A DNA stretch of 64,000 nt from the human T2T-CHM13v2.0 reference genome, Homo sapiens: assembly GCF_009914755.1 (NCBI RefSeq), contig NC_060937.1; one strand, given 5' to 3'. Below the pieces are notes generated by a model. It saw only the letters and a program-made list of their open reading frames with translations. It had not been told where the DNA came from and made no database searches. This document shows, piece after piece, positions 14,141 to 27,013 of this stretch. Within the stretch, counting starts at the first letter, position 1. Every line of letters begins with the position of its first letter. Both the position numbers and the translations under genes were made by a program.

Positions 14141-14807
14141 CACTTTTCCAGAATATGGAGGACTATGATGCAACTGGTAGTAAGTCACCAACAGACACTG
14201 GCTGAGTGAGATTTTCTTTAATACCGAAGGCATTAAACATCATAGAGGCAACTAAACAAAGCAGAAAACCTCATAGCGTGCTCTTGGTTGTAGGTACTGA
14301 TTTGAGTGCTTATGAGGATTTACAGCTGCAAATAATAACAACTATCTGGAATTAGGCCTTTAGCAGGCATGAGAAGCTATTTTGTTCCATGTGCACAGGT
14401 TTTTTACAACCTCCACATCCTACCCTTATGCTATCTAAAATGATTCTAAGGTCTATAGCTATATATTTACCCCAGCACATTTCTGAGGATTGATTGTGAG
14501 ATTGGATGAATCAGTTGTCAGTTTTCTAGGTGCACTGTCATTCAGCAGGTCTAGGCTTCAGGCATGCATGAGGTTTTTCTTGCAGAGGGGAAGAGTGAGA
14601 AAGTGAGGATAAATCTCCTGAAGCAAAGAAGCCTTAGAGAGGACACAGTAAGAACTAGAAGGGCAAATGTCTCAGAGGCCAGTTAAGTATCAGAAAATGA
14701 GGAAAGCAGGCTCAGTGCACAGTAATAGGGAGTAGTGAGGACTGTGGCAAAAAGGCCAGCACATTCCCTGTCTGAAAGTGGCAGCAGCTACTCAGCTCAG
14801 CCAAGTA

Positions 14808-15161
14808 CAGTAGTATCCCTTTATCTACCGAGATATATTCCAAGACACTCCCCTCCCAGTGGATGCCTGAAACCATGGGTAATACAGAACTCTATATATA
14901 CTATGGCTTTTTTTTCCATCTAATAACTGAGACAGCTACTAAGTGACCAATGGGCAGGTAGCATCTATGCTGAACAAAGGGGTGATTCACATCCCAGGCA
15001 ACACAGAGTGGGACTCAGAGATTTCATTACCCAGAACAGTGTGCAATTTAAACCATATACATTGTTTATTTCTGGCACTTTCCACTTAATATTTTCAGAC
15101 TATGGTTGATCACAGGTAGCTCAAACTGCAGAAAGTGAAACTGTGGATAAGGGGGTACTAG
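14808..15161 (-). mobile_element. MER44 (Tigger7-derived TcMar MITE)
   Basis: TA followed by TIR CAGTAGTATCCCTTTATC; opposite TIR GTGGATAAGGGGGTACTAG. Confidence 0.75.
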
Positions 15162-16629
15162 TTTTACCATTTGGGAATGTGGCCCATTGCTTTCAGAGAA
15201 TCAGCAATTTCGTTAGTTGAAAATACAAATTTCTGTGGGTAGTTTTCTAATTTTCAAATGTTAGTAGCTAATTTACAATTATCTAAAATACTATGTGGGC
15301 TAATTTGTGAGCTTTGCCTTAATGTTTGTAAGACTAATTGTCACTGGAAATGGAATTCTGCCTGCCTGTGACCCCTGAGTGATAGAAATAGAAGCCATAA
15401 GTGGCAGTTACAGAGAAATAGGCCTTGGTCCAAAATAAGAACACATTTTCTAATAATATTATTCAAAGGCAGAGTGTTCTTCTCTAGGGCATGAGTTGCT
15501 CATTTCTATAGATGTTCAAGTATCAATTGGTTGGCATCTTTGCCAGAACTGTGTAAAGGAAGACCAGGCATCAGATAGATGGGATGTTAGACTTCACATC
15601 TCCCTTTCAAACCTGAGCTCCTTTGAATCAAAAGCACTACTTTTTCACAAAGGTTTCAATTCAAGCTGGACTGGGCATTCAGAATGAGCCTTTTGGTTTT
15701 ACTTTCTGTGTCATACGTAGAACACATGTGTGTCTCTTCTGGTCTGTAAATATAGGATGGGACTGAGATGCCTTTTTCAAGGGAAAATGTTTCAAAGGCT
15801 GATTATTACTATTTTAGACTTTCTATCTCTTGGGTTTGCCTTGCCCTGAGTTGGCCTGTGTTTCTTCAAATCCACTCAGCAAGGTTCAACTTGGTTTGGC
15901 TGTGTCTCTGCTGGTATTATTTTCTATGGAAATAAATGCACACAGACTCTGATAATTTATATACATTCAGATGTAACCATAAGGAGAAACCAACACTTTA
16001 CTATATATTTTTAAATTTCCATAAATCTGGGATCTGGAAATGAACAATTTTTCTTCTGAACACACAAAATTGGCAAAAATACCAAATTTGCCAATATTGG
16101 TATTTTCTGTACCCTCAAAAATATTGAGTATATCAATATAACAATGAAAATGTGAACATTTAAGCAAAAACAATTTGGCCAATTAAACCAGATATACCAA
16201 TTAATTCAATGACAAAAATAAGTCAAAGAACTCAGCTTTGGCACATGGAGGCATTCAAGACACCAGCATCTGTTTTATTTTTGACAGCAGCGTCTGGTCC
16301 TTATATATTCATCTAACACTTTCAGTAGATCTTGACTTCGGTATGAAACTTGCTCACATTTTCAGATCTACAAAGGACAGATTTTAACCATTATTCTGAA
16401 AATGCTTTCCTTTCCATAAGAAAATGAAGAAAAAAGCCTGCTTTATATTAAAATGCTTATTTTAGCCATGAAGATAAGCCCTAGCCATTCTCAGATGCTG
16501 AAATACTTTGGTTTGGAAGATCTTTACTGCATGGTTCTTGGCCTGGAGCCTTATCACGCTAGAGAATCCAATCCACGTGAATGTTCTGTTTTTCAATCAT
16601 TTGTTTGCAAAGTCTAATCTGGAAGGGGA

Positions 16630-16830
16630 ATTAATATTATTAAGGACATTTTATGTGCAAGGGCTGTGCCAGGCATTTAACAAGTATTATCTTGTTTAAC
16701 CCTCACAATGACCCAGCGGCCGGGGGCGGGGGGCGGCGGGGGCATTACTACCTACATGAGAAAGCAGGCTCTGGAGCATCAGAATCAAATCAGAGCCTGG
16801 GACTCAGGGCAGCCAGCTCCAAGGTCACAC
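16630..16830 (-). mobile_element. MIR SINE containing a GC-rich insert
   Basis: TATGTGCAAGGGCTGTGCCAGGCATTT...TTTAACCCTCACAATGACC, interrupted by a G/C run at 16716-16743. Confidence 0.6.
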
Positions 16831-17489
16831 AGGATTTTTTTTTTTTTTTTCTGCGTAAGAAAAATATTGGGGAAAGGAGAAGAGAAATCCATTGTAAACT
16901 TAGGTAATCCAAAATTAAATTTCAGGGACCATTTATGAAACTATCTCTTTGAATCGTAATTCCAGTTACACATTAAATTTAACTGTAGGGAGACCTGAGT
17001 ACAAACATTCATTGATTAGCCTTACAGTAAATTTGTGAGATCAAAACTTCCTAAATCCTATTGCAGATGGTACTAGCCACTGACTTTGACTTTCAGCTGT
17101 TAGACTGATCATTAGCAAACAACTTCTGGGCCAAGTGCCCACATCAGTTTTGAGGGAACTTTGGGATTTTTCTTTGCTTTGATTTGTAACAATCTATGTA
17201 CGCCTTCTTTGGTAACCCTGATGAGAGCTCAAAGTAGGACTTTAAGCAGATATCCTAAGGCCAATATCCCAATTCTGCGTTTGTTTTTTTCCTTGAGGTT
17301 TAAACAGTATGTTGAATCAACATTCTATCAAGAGCTTTTTTAGTGCTTTTACCAAGAAGTTGTTAGTGAGAGCTGCATTCAGTTCAACTTTCTTTCTCGG
17401 TTCCTTTCCCTACCCTGGTTTAGTGTGTTGAAAAATCCTTTTGCATCAGCATTTATGCAGCATATAATTTTTTTACTCTCATCCAACAG

Positions 17490-17747
17490 GCACATTTGGA
17501 TTTACTATTTCACTTGAACAGTTGGTGTTTACTGGCAGCAACAAGAACAAAATTTATAGCAGCAAATGGAAGCTGAACTCGCATGCTGGCTTTGCACTGA
17601 AGAACTTTGTGTTTGCCATTTCCTAATTGTGAAAACAATATGTCCAAGATTTTGCAGTCATCAGCATTCTGATGTAACGACTTCCATCTGGTCAAAGGAA
17701 GAAATTCAGAACCTCTATCTCCTTTTGAATTCTACTTCAGTGCAAAG
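17490..17747 (+). other. Candidate exon
   Basis: Acceptor TTTTTTTACTCTCATCCAACAG|G and donor AAG|GTAACT, in non-repeat sequence. Splice signals only. Confidence 0.3.
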
Positions 17748-18242
17748 GTAACTGGCTTAGGAGAATGTTGGAAGACAAGAAATTCAGACAATACATTCTG
17801 AAAAGCGACTATAACATCCACTTTTCCAGGGGATAATTTTCCTGAAGAGCAAACAGGGGTAGGGAATTTGTCACGATCTTCTTAATGGAAGCGGCTCTAA
17901 TTGGAGCAAGATGACAGGATTACTTGGAGGTGAGAGAGGATAAAGAAAGCAGGATGATTTGTGGCGCGTTCCAATCGGAGGTAATAAGAAGTCAGAGATC
18001 CACAGAGACCATGCAATTGGAGACCAATACGAAGGCAATGGAGGCCAACAACGTGGTAATAAGAAGTGGTTTAACATCCCATCTCATCCCATCTGGCATT
18101 CAGAATTTGGCACTGGTTATTGAAATATGAAGCTCCTGATGGTCCTCACACTCCTACAGTGACCTTCTTCACTCATTAGCCAGGAGTTGAAGCTGAAAGA
18201 AATGTAGCATAATATCTCAAATGCTTGCTTTGCATTTTTTAT

Positions 18243-18330
18243 ATTCATTGATTCAACAATTATTTACTGAGCACTATATTGCATTTTAGGAATGGCATTA
18301 GGTACTGGAGATATGGGCTAACACACATTT
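18243..18330 (-). mobile_element. L2 3'-end fragment
   Basis: ATTCATTGATTCAACAATTATTTACTGAGCAC. Confidence 0.6.
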
Positions 18331-18789
18331 CTTGGCTACCCATTATAGATAATTACATGAGAAACACAAAATATGCATAGAAGGACCCTAATTTCGAGTC
18401 AAACAACCCAGGAAGAAGACTTCTCTATAGCTATCTTTATACTTTATATTAATCTTTTTCTTTGTATTTTATGTTCATCTTCTTCTTCCTGAAATGAGAA
18501 GGGAAGGAAAATAGAATTCTAGAAATAACCTTACAGCTGCCCTTCACTCTATGGAAAAAGTGAGCTCTTGACAGGAAAGGGGTTCTATCCATGATCTTAC
18601 AATTCCTAAACAGCAACAGCATCATGGACGTATTTGTTCCTGGCGTCATAAGCCTGCATACGGTAGGCATTCAGTTAATAGGTACTGATTGGTCTAACAG
18701 AGGAAGCTGGGCTTGATTATAAAATAAACTAGGCTATGAAATCATGCCTCCTAAAAGCTCATTAAAGGCAGCAACACGGGATGGGGACT

Positions 18790-19030
18790 GTAAGGAAGTT
18801 GTCTCCCACCTGCCTCCCTCCTCAGACACACATCATTCCGCAGATGTGAAAACGACCCAGACTCTGCCCGCATGTGGCCTCCCGGACCGGGCAGTAGGGC
18901 CTTGCCCCTACCCTCATGAAGACTGTCGGCTGTGTTACAGAACTGCTGCTCTGTCTCTGACTCCCCTCACTCCCATGCTCTGTTGGAAACTCAAGTTGTG
19001 AAACCACAAAACACAGAAAGGAAGTGGTCA
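18790..19030. promoter_or_regulatory. Candidate haematopoietic/lymphoid promoter-enhancer
   Basis: RUNX AACCACA (19002-19008) 10 bp from ETS AGGAAGTG (19019-19026). A second AGGAAGT lies near 18793, E-box CAGATG at 18841, two T-box-like TGTGAAA, and local CpGs. Confidence 0.4.
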
Positions 19031-19081
19031 ACTATTGCACATACTCAAGCTATGTAGTCTCAGTTTATTCCATTCTTGCAG

Positions 19082-19370
19082 GATCATTGTAGGAAGGCAT
19101 AAGAGTCCTGCTTACTGGTGAGCCACTGAACACAAACTCCCTTCTCACCTCTGCCTTGGATCCCGCCATGCCTGAGGTCTAGGGCTAGAAGCGTTGTTTC
19201 ATCCACATTAATTCCGGTCTTGGGCAACGTGGCTATTTTCTGACCTGTCTGTCTTCCCACCCTAGTGGTGAATTCTCTTTCTGGGATCTCAACTCCTTCT
19301 CCTGTCACCCAGCTTTTTCCGAGCAACCCCAGTCCATCTGGCATATCATTAGAATGTTAAACCTAAAACG
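19082..19370 (+). other. Candidate exon (internal, or first exon if the TSS lies just after the ETS site)
   Basis: Acceptor TTTATTCCATTCTTGCAG|G and donor ACG|GTAAGC; unique sequence with no long plus-strand ORF. Confidence 0.5.
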
Positions 19371-19758
19371 GTAAGCCATTCTGTGAATACCTTTAAGTAA
19401 CAGGATATTAAAATGAGACTTTTCCTGTTTTCTCAGTGCTAGCTGACATCTTTGAGCTGAGAAAAAAAAATATTGTTAAAAATGCTCATCTATTCTCAGG
19501 AGATGTCATCTGCTAAGGAGTGACCAAAAAAATGGTCCAATAACCCTGAAACCATCGCTCAAATCTTAGCTACGCAAGGGGAGACTTGTAAATTAATGAG
19601 GACGGCAAGGATTTCATGAGACAGAGCTTTCAGGCTGCTAAAATGCTTCCTCCTCCCTTCTCATGTGTTTTCCCCTCATCTTACGCAAATAAGAGGGGGC
19701 CTTCAGAGAATTACTTGGAGAGCTGACCTAGGACCCCTAGGCTTTGGGGAACATAGAA

Positions 19759-20364
19759 TGTATTAGTGTCTATTGCTGCTGAAACAAATTAGCACACATT
19801 TAACAGCTTAAAAATAGCAAAATTACTACCTCACAGTTCTGTAGGTTAGAAGTCCAGTGGGCGCGGCTGGTGTGTGGGCTTCAAGCCTCACAGGGCTGAA
19901 ATCAAGGTGTTGGCCAGGCTGTACTCCCTCCTAGAGGCTCTAATGAAGCATCTGTTTCCAGGCCTCTGCGCCTTGTTGGCGGAATTCAGTTCAATTTGCC
20001 TGATGGACTGAGGTCCCTGCTTCCCTGCGGGCTGTCGGCGGGAACTGCCACTGGCTCCTTGCAGCCTCTCTCTGATTCTTGCACAAGGGCACCTACATCT
20101 CAGAGCCAGCGAGAGTGTGAGTGTGTGGAATCCTTCTCACGAGGCCTCATCTCTCTGACTTTCGTCGGGAAATGTTCTCTGCTTTTAAAGGATCATGTAA
20201 TTATTTTGAGCCTACCCGATAATCCAGGATAATCCCCTCATCTAAAAATCTGTTACCTTAACCACATCTGCAAAGTCCCTGTTGCCGTGTAATGTAAGCT
20301 ATTCACAGGTTCTGGGGATTAGGAAAAGGACATCTTTGGTGGGGGCCTTATTCAGCCTACCACA
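19759..20364 (-). mobile_element. MLT1D/E-like MaLR solo LTR
   Basis: TGTATTAG...CCTACCACA termini, near-perfect 5-bp TSD TAGAA/TAGAG, core TTAACCACATCTGCAAAGTCCCT. Confidence 0.85.
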
Positions 20365-21469
20365 TAGAGATTAGTACCTGAAAAGCCAGCAGGTGAGAAG
20401 CTAGACAGAGCAGCCGGTGGCAGCTAAAGGAGAAAGGGGGCGAGAGCTGGAGAAGTCGCACTTCCGCCGATGGCGCAGCAAAGGGGATGTTGCCCTGGAG
20501 GACTCAGGGAACGGAACTGGGCTATCAGCCGAGAATGGGGCTCCACTCAAAAGGAGGAACCAACAGGAGACACAAGGAACCCCAGCAGGAAGAAGTCGGA
20601 GATGGAGGAGGGGAAGTCATAGCTGGAGGAGACGTGTGTTAGGAAGCTACAATGGCAGCTCCCTAGTGGAGGTGTTTCGGAAAAACTCCGAAGATTCCAC
20701 TTGAGAAAATCATCGGCCTTCAGACAACGTCTATGCCAGATAATGCTACCAAATCACAACCTTGCCTTTCCTCCCTACTGCTGTTCTGATGTGGGAGGAC
20801 CCAAAGGCAGCAGAAGAGCCAAAGAAGAGTAGCAGAAAGGTAAGTTTGGCTGTCATGCCCTGGCACACCTTGCTGCTACCCTGCAGCTCCCTGCCACCTG
20901 GCCATGCACTGCTTCCCCTCCACACCCTGCTGAGGCAGGTCTGGGCTGGGGACACAGGAAGCTTTGATGTTAGACTGAACTGGACCTTCAAGATCTCAAA
21001 ACACAAAGTATTTGTTAGTAACTGAAAGGTGGCATAAATGTTAGATCAACCTAGGATTTTATCACCAAATAAGGAAACAAGTTCACTGGGCAGTTCTAAG
21101 AAAGAATAGAATTGCTTCCTGCTTGGTCTTTTTTGTTTAATAGACCAGATTCACAAATGCCCCAACCCTTCTCTAGCAATGTGTAGGTTCTGATCACCAA
21201 GGGCTATCTCAAGAGAAGGGCCAAACATCTCCATTAACAGGAACTCAAGCCCTTGTTTCATTGAAATGTTTGGTTACAGCTTAATGACCACAGTTGCAAA
21301 GCCAGAATATTGAGTTTTTATATGCTATATTATTTACATGGAATAATGCCCTCTTGGTACCATATTGAACATAGTAAATTCTCTGTTAATTGACACTATA
21401 CAGAAAGAGTACTTTGACTGATCGAGGAAGGCTAATGTTTTTTGATCTCTAATCCTTGGGCTACCTTTT

Positions 21470-21685
21470 CCGTGATGTCACGGAAAGAGCATTAGACTAG
21501 TTATTGTTCTAGAACTGGGACTCTCACTAACTATATACACGTGGGCAGATCATTTTACATTTTTGAGCATTGGTTTCTTCATGTGTAAGGTGGTAACAAC
21601 AATGTCTCCCCTGCCTTGTTCATAGGATTGTAGGGAGAATCAAATGACATAATGGTCATGAAAATATATTTCTAAGTTGTAATCT
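21470..21685 (+). mobile_element. MIR (MIRb/MIR3-like)
   Basis: GGAAAGAGCATTAGACTAG...GGTTTCTTCATGTGTAAG...CATAGGATTGTAGGGAGAATCAAATGA. Confidence 0.6.
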
Positions 21686-22926
21686 GTATATGTAATAAGG
21701 TGTTACTAGTAATTGAACATTTATATATATTCTGTAACAGGTTGTAAACTTTTAAAAGAGATCTAGTACACCAGGCTTAATGGACTATTTTTTGAAAGAC
21801 ACATCAAAAACTGTTGACAATAATTGCCTCTAGGTAGAGACATGAGAGTGATGGGAAGGAGGCAGACTTATTTTTCACTCAATTTCCTTTTGTATCTCTT
21901 GAATTAATACTATATATACACATGACGCATTTAATTTAAACCAATACAATTCAATAACTATTTGAGAAGTTAAAGAAAAAAGATATATTTATTCTGAATA
22001 ATAAATTGAAAATAATCTAATCTTTCTGTAAAATGGCTTTTTAGGATCTTTAATACTTTAGCTTTAAGTGAGATGATTTAGTTGATGCAACCAGCACAGA
22101 ACTTGGCACACAGTGGGTATTCAAAAAGTGGTAGAGCCCTTTGCCTTGAGGCCATCATATGACTATCCACTCCCAGTGAATTTGCTATATACAAGGATAT
22201 AGTTAATGGGATGCTGGATATTAGAAAGTTTATTGGATTTTACCAGGATGCTGGACACAGATGGTAAGTGGAAAATGCCAGAAAGTTGATGAATCATCTG
22301 GTAAACTAGTGGAAAAGGTAAATGGAGCCAGAAAGAGGCCAGAGAGGGCAAGGAAACAGAACAGGTCTGGAGAAAGGCAACTACACTCATTGTATCATGT
22401 AACCCACTTTTCAGTTGCTGATGTTTCCAAAATGGTAAGTACATTTTGCAAACTGGAGTTATTCTGATCTTCATGCTATTAAATGCTTATTAATTAACAA
22501 ATAGCGTGAAGTCTCATTAGCTAGGCTGTGGGTTTTTTTTTTTTTCAAATTTAGGATTTCTCTTCATTTTATGGTAAGGAGCAGGGAGTCCATAAATCAG
22601 AACACTTTATGAGAAGTTCTAACACCTAGCCCTAATGCCAAGACTGAGAATCTGATAGCATAGCTATTAAAAATTAAGACCCCTGAAAGACTTCCATTTC
22701 TGCTAACAGCAATGCCCAAGGCAGCCAGACACTATGTCTCCCTTTCTGTTTTAATGTAGTTGCATCAATTCTGCTATTCTGTTATAAAGCAAGCACCTAG
22801 AATGACATTTACAAAGCAGGCAAAATGAAAATGGAACAAAAACTCAAACTATCACATGCAGAAATCACCACCAATGCCAAGACATTATAGATAATATTGA
22901 CATAGCTATGGGAAAATTTAAAATCT

Positions 22927-23088
22927 TGCTGCTCAAAGTGCTTCTTAAACAGCCTCATCAGCATCACATGGGAGCTTGTTTCCAATGCAGAATCTCAGGC
23001 CCTCCCCCAAGACCTACAGAATCAGAATATTTTGTTTTACAAGATCTGCAAGTGATTTCTATGAATATTGAAATTTAAGAAGCACTAA
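22927..23088. mobile_element. MER5A-like hAT-Charlie MITE
   Basis: CATCAGCATCACATGGGAGCTTGTT...ATGCAGAATCTCAGGCCC...AGAAGCACT. Confidence 0.75.
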
Positions 23089-24598
23089 TTTAAATGTATC
23101 AATGTGCTCCAGGTTAAAAAAAATGTTGCTGATGAAAAGACAACAATCGTTTTATCTCAGAAATGAGAAATGGTCAACTTTGGATTTTTCCTTGAGAATA
23201 AATAATTAATACATAAATTCAGCCCAAAACATAACATGGAAACATATTTCCAAAGAAAAGGCTTTGAGACAGTGGAACCATTTGGGTGCCATTTAAATTT
23301 AAAGAAGGAAATAGAAGAAAAAGAAGATCAAAGATGGAGACTCCAAGTCTTGGCAATTGATTGAACGTGAAGTCCTGTGAAGACCAAAGGCTCCCCACTC
23401 TGGTGATTAGAATGAGGGGCTATTGGCTGGAGAAGGAATCTACTAACTAGTGAGGTACCAACAGAATGGAGACCCAAACTAGGACATTTAAAACCTGGGA
23501 TTTTTCTTCACGGGATTGCATGTTTTCTGAATCAGTCATTCTGTTTGACACCAAAAGTAGCTTTTATTGCTTTCCCCACCATGGGCCCTTGATTTAAAAG
23601 GCTTCATCTACCAAACACTCTCTTTTGCTAAATAAGAATATTTCCCCATTTTTATTCATTAAAGTCCTTTTGATCAGTGTCAGATAATGTGTGACCATTA
23701 AATTTGCTGTAATTCTACATAGAAGCAAAGAAACTTGATAATTTGGTTGGTATACAGTTTTCCATATATGGTTTTGGTTAGAAAATAACTCAAGGACTTT
23801 CCCTAATTGTGCACAAGAACAAGAATCCTTTGCTAACCTGAGTGAAATTTCTTAGGACTAAGGTCAACAATGGGGGTTATAAAATAGGAAGGGTTTTCCT
23901 ACTGTTTCTGTAATGAGGTCTTCCCATTAACAAATTCAGTTAAAGTCACTAGGAATTAACTTACACACCTGGAAATGCTCAGACCTGTCCCACTTGGAAA
24001 CAAACTGGAGAAACAGTAGACATCAGCAATCAGCGGGTGACTCTTTATTTTGAATTTGGGAATAATAAAATAAAGAAAAATCATTTGTAACCGTCACTTG
24101 CAATGTGGAAGGCCCTCATCATTCTAATTGCAGGGGCTGGGTTATAATCCATTACCATGAATAATTTCTTCTAGAAAGTGCCTATATAGTAAACCAGACT
24201 ATCAGGACTCTAGCCAGCTTTATGTTACGTTTTTGGTGATTTAAGGAATTCTGTTACAACAGGTGACATTTTTGAGAGTGGAAATATACTTATATGGAAC
24301 AAAAGTCTTAACTCCATGAGTAATTTTTAGTTGGCAGAGGTGCAAATTCTTCTTCAGTATTTCAGCATGGAGATTTTTAGTAAGGTTTTCAATTAATTAA
24401 AAAATTTAAAAACTCTTCCTCATAAAAACTCCGTACCTCAAAGGTAACTTTAATAGGTGCCTAAACTAGCTAAAAGATTGAGCTCTGTGTTGACATTTTT
24501 GGAGAATAATGCGGCAGCTGTTATGTTTGAATGTGTATTTGGGTCCCACCTTGAACAGACGGGAAACAACTGTTTTAAAATCTCTTTTCTCTGTGTAG

Positions 24599-24662
24599 GT
24601 TTAGGTGCAGTCATCTTGGATTTGAGTCGTGCTTGTGAATTTTCATGTGTTACAACAACCAG
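24599..24662 (+). other. Candidate 64-nt exon
   Basis: Strong pyrimidine-tract acceptor TCTCTTTTCTCTGTGTAG|G and donor CAG|GTGAAT, in unique sequence. Confidence 0.4.
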
Positions 24663-25872
24663 GTGAATATGCTGCTGTGATTCAATGTCAGTAGGAATTA
24701 ATACGTGGTTTAGTTAGCAAGTTAGAACTGTCTCACATTAGACATGACTTTAGACAGTTTTATAAGAAAAATGGAATGAATTGAATATAGTCACTTGAGT
24801 TAAAGTATCTTTTACAGTCTCTCTATTCCTTTGGAGCTGATGGCAAGCCTAGAGAAGCATGCTAAAACAAGCTGACCCGAAAGTCACATTCTTCTAGTTC
24901 TCACTTTGTGGAGTAGGCACAATTCAAATATTGTAGAAGAATATCTGTTGACTTGGGGATTTGCTAACAAAGTTGAAAAACAAGCAAATTATAAAATGGT
25001 ATCATGTAATAGACAACAATTTTATGGCTATCTCAGTGGTTTCATTGGTTCCTCCTCCTGGGATGGCAGCTGATCCTGGGCATGCTCTCACAGTACTACA
25101 GAAACACAGGAGCCCAGGCCAACCTCTAGGCTTGGAACCAGGGCATCGTCCCTTTTGCCTTCTACTTTGGGCCAAAGCACATCATGTGGCAAGCTGAGAG
25201 TCAAGGGGCATAGATACAACCTCAAATATGTTTCCGTGTGTTTTCATTTTTCCTTTCTTCCCTTCCTTCTTCATATGTCAGCCAAACTTGGTAAGATCTT
25301 TAAAAATGGGGCTCTTGCAAGCCTAATGACCAGATCAGGGCAAGATCAGGCTGAAACATCCTTTAGGTGAGCCAGATCTAGTGCTTTGCCTCCTGCATTT
25401 GGGGAATGTGATGATGTATGTGAGAGCACCACTAAACTGCAACATGCAACCTGTGTGAAAGACACACAGACACCATCCCAGACTATTAGACAGTTTTGTG
25501 GTTGTTATTGTTTTATTCTCATGTTATTGTTTTATTACTTAGCAGATTAACAAATTCTCAAACTAAATTCTATCCTAATATTCCTCCTAAACTTATCCTG
25601 TAGACATGTGGGACCACTTTCTCACTTATTTCTTAACAGAGAGGAATAAGAAATGGTCACAATCCTCTTTATACTTAATTTGACATGATAAATTTTTTAA
25701 GATGAAGAAAAGTAACTCCCTAAAATTATAGAAAAGGTGAGCAAATAATTGTATAAATCAGGGCAGGGAAGCCCTTTCTAAGTAACTTAATATCAAAGAC
25801 AGGAGCCCTAAAGGAAAAAAAATGTAGATTTGGCTATATATGAATTTAGAATATTTATATATTAAAGCCCAG

Positions 25873-26416
25873 TGTGATGGTTAATATTGAATGTCAACTT
25901 GATTGGATTGAAGGATGCAAAGTATTGTTCCTGGGTGTGTCTAAGGGTGTTGCCAAAGGAGATTAACATCTGAGTCAGTGGACTGGGAGAGGCTGACCCA
26001 GCTGCAATGTGAGTGGGCACAATCTAATCAGCTGCCAGTACGGCCAGACTAAAGCAGGCAGAAGAAGGTGGGAGAAGCCGACTTGCTGAGTCTTACGGCT
26101 TTCATCTTTTCTCCCCTCCTGGATGCTTCCTGCCCTCGAACATCAGACTCCAAGTTCTTCAGCTTTTGGACTCTCGCACTTAGACCAGTGGTTTGCCAGG
26201 GGCTCTCGGGCCTTCGGCCACAGACTGAAGGATACACTGTCAGCTTCCCTACTTTTGGGGTTTTGGGACTGGGACTGGTTTCCTTCCTCCTCAGCTTGCA
26301 GACAGCCTATCATGGGATTTCACCTTGTGATCGTGTGAGTCAATTCTCCTTAATAAACTCCCCTTCACATATACATCTATCTTATTCTGTCCCTCTAGAG
26401 AACCCTGACTAATACA
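25873..26416 (+). mobile_element. MLT2A2-like HERV-L solo LTR, inserted in an old L1 fragment
   Basis: Starts TGTGATGGTTAATATTGAATGTCAACTTGATTGGATTGAAGG and ends CTAGAGAACCCTGACTAATACA. Confidence 0.9.
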
Positions 26417-27013
26417 TCTAGCATTAAAAAAAAATGCAAGTGATAAACTGGGAAATAATATTCATAATATATATGACAGATTAAATGTTTGTTATTTTTT
26501 GTTATATTATTTATGTTACTACCAAAATGGCAAAAAAATGAATAAAAATAATACAAAATTATAAACAGAAGAAGAGACAATGGACAAAGGAAATAAAATT
26601 TTTGAAAGATGGAGAACAGGTAAAAAGATCAACAGAACTGAAAACTCAAGCATCAAGTAACTGTGAAGGAAATGCCAGTGAGAAGCAAGCCAACCCTTGC
26701 AAGGCAGCACTAGAAAGTCTAGGCATGGGAAGTACTAGCTAGTGTGGAAGGCAGTGCATTTCACAACAGGAACAACGTAACATCCAATAAGTATGACCAA
26801 TACCTTCAAAATCACTAGAAAAGAAATGCAAATTTTAAAGAGATTTATATCAGGCTGCAAAGGCTGAAAATATAATATTCAGCATTTTTTTTTCATTCAT
26901 TCTTCAAATATATGCCAGAAGCCAGACAACCCTTTTGAAGAGCTTTTCTGCAAAGGCCCATTTACATTTCCTTCACAGAGAAAGGTGAGAGCAAGTAGAG
27001 AAGAGCATGGGGT

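Noticed and set aside
22260-22440. Two strong ATG|GTAAGT donor motifs
   Set aside because: No convincing upstream acceptor pairs with them; isolated donor matches are expected by chance in 64 kb.
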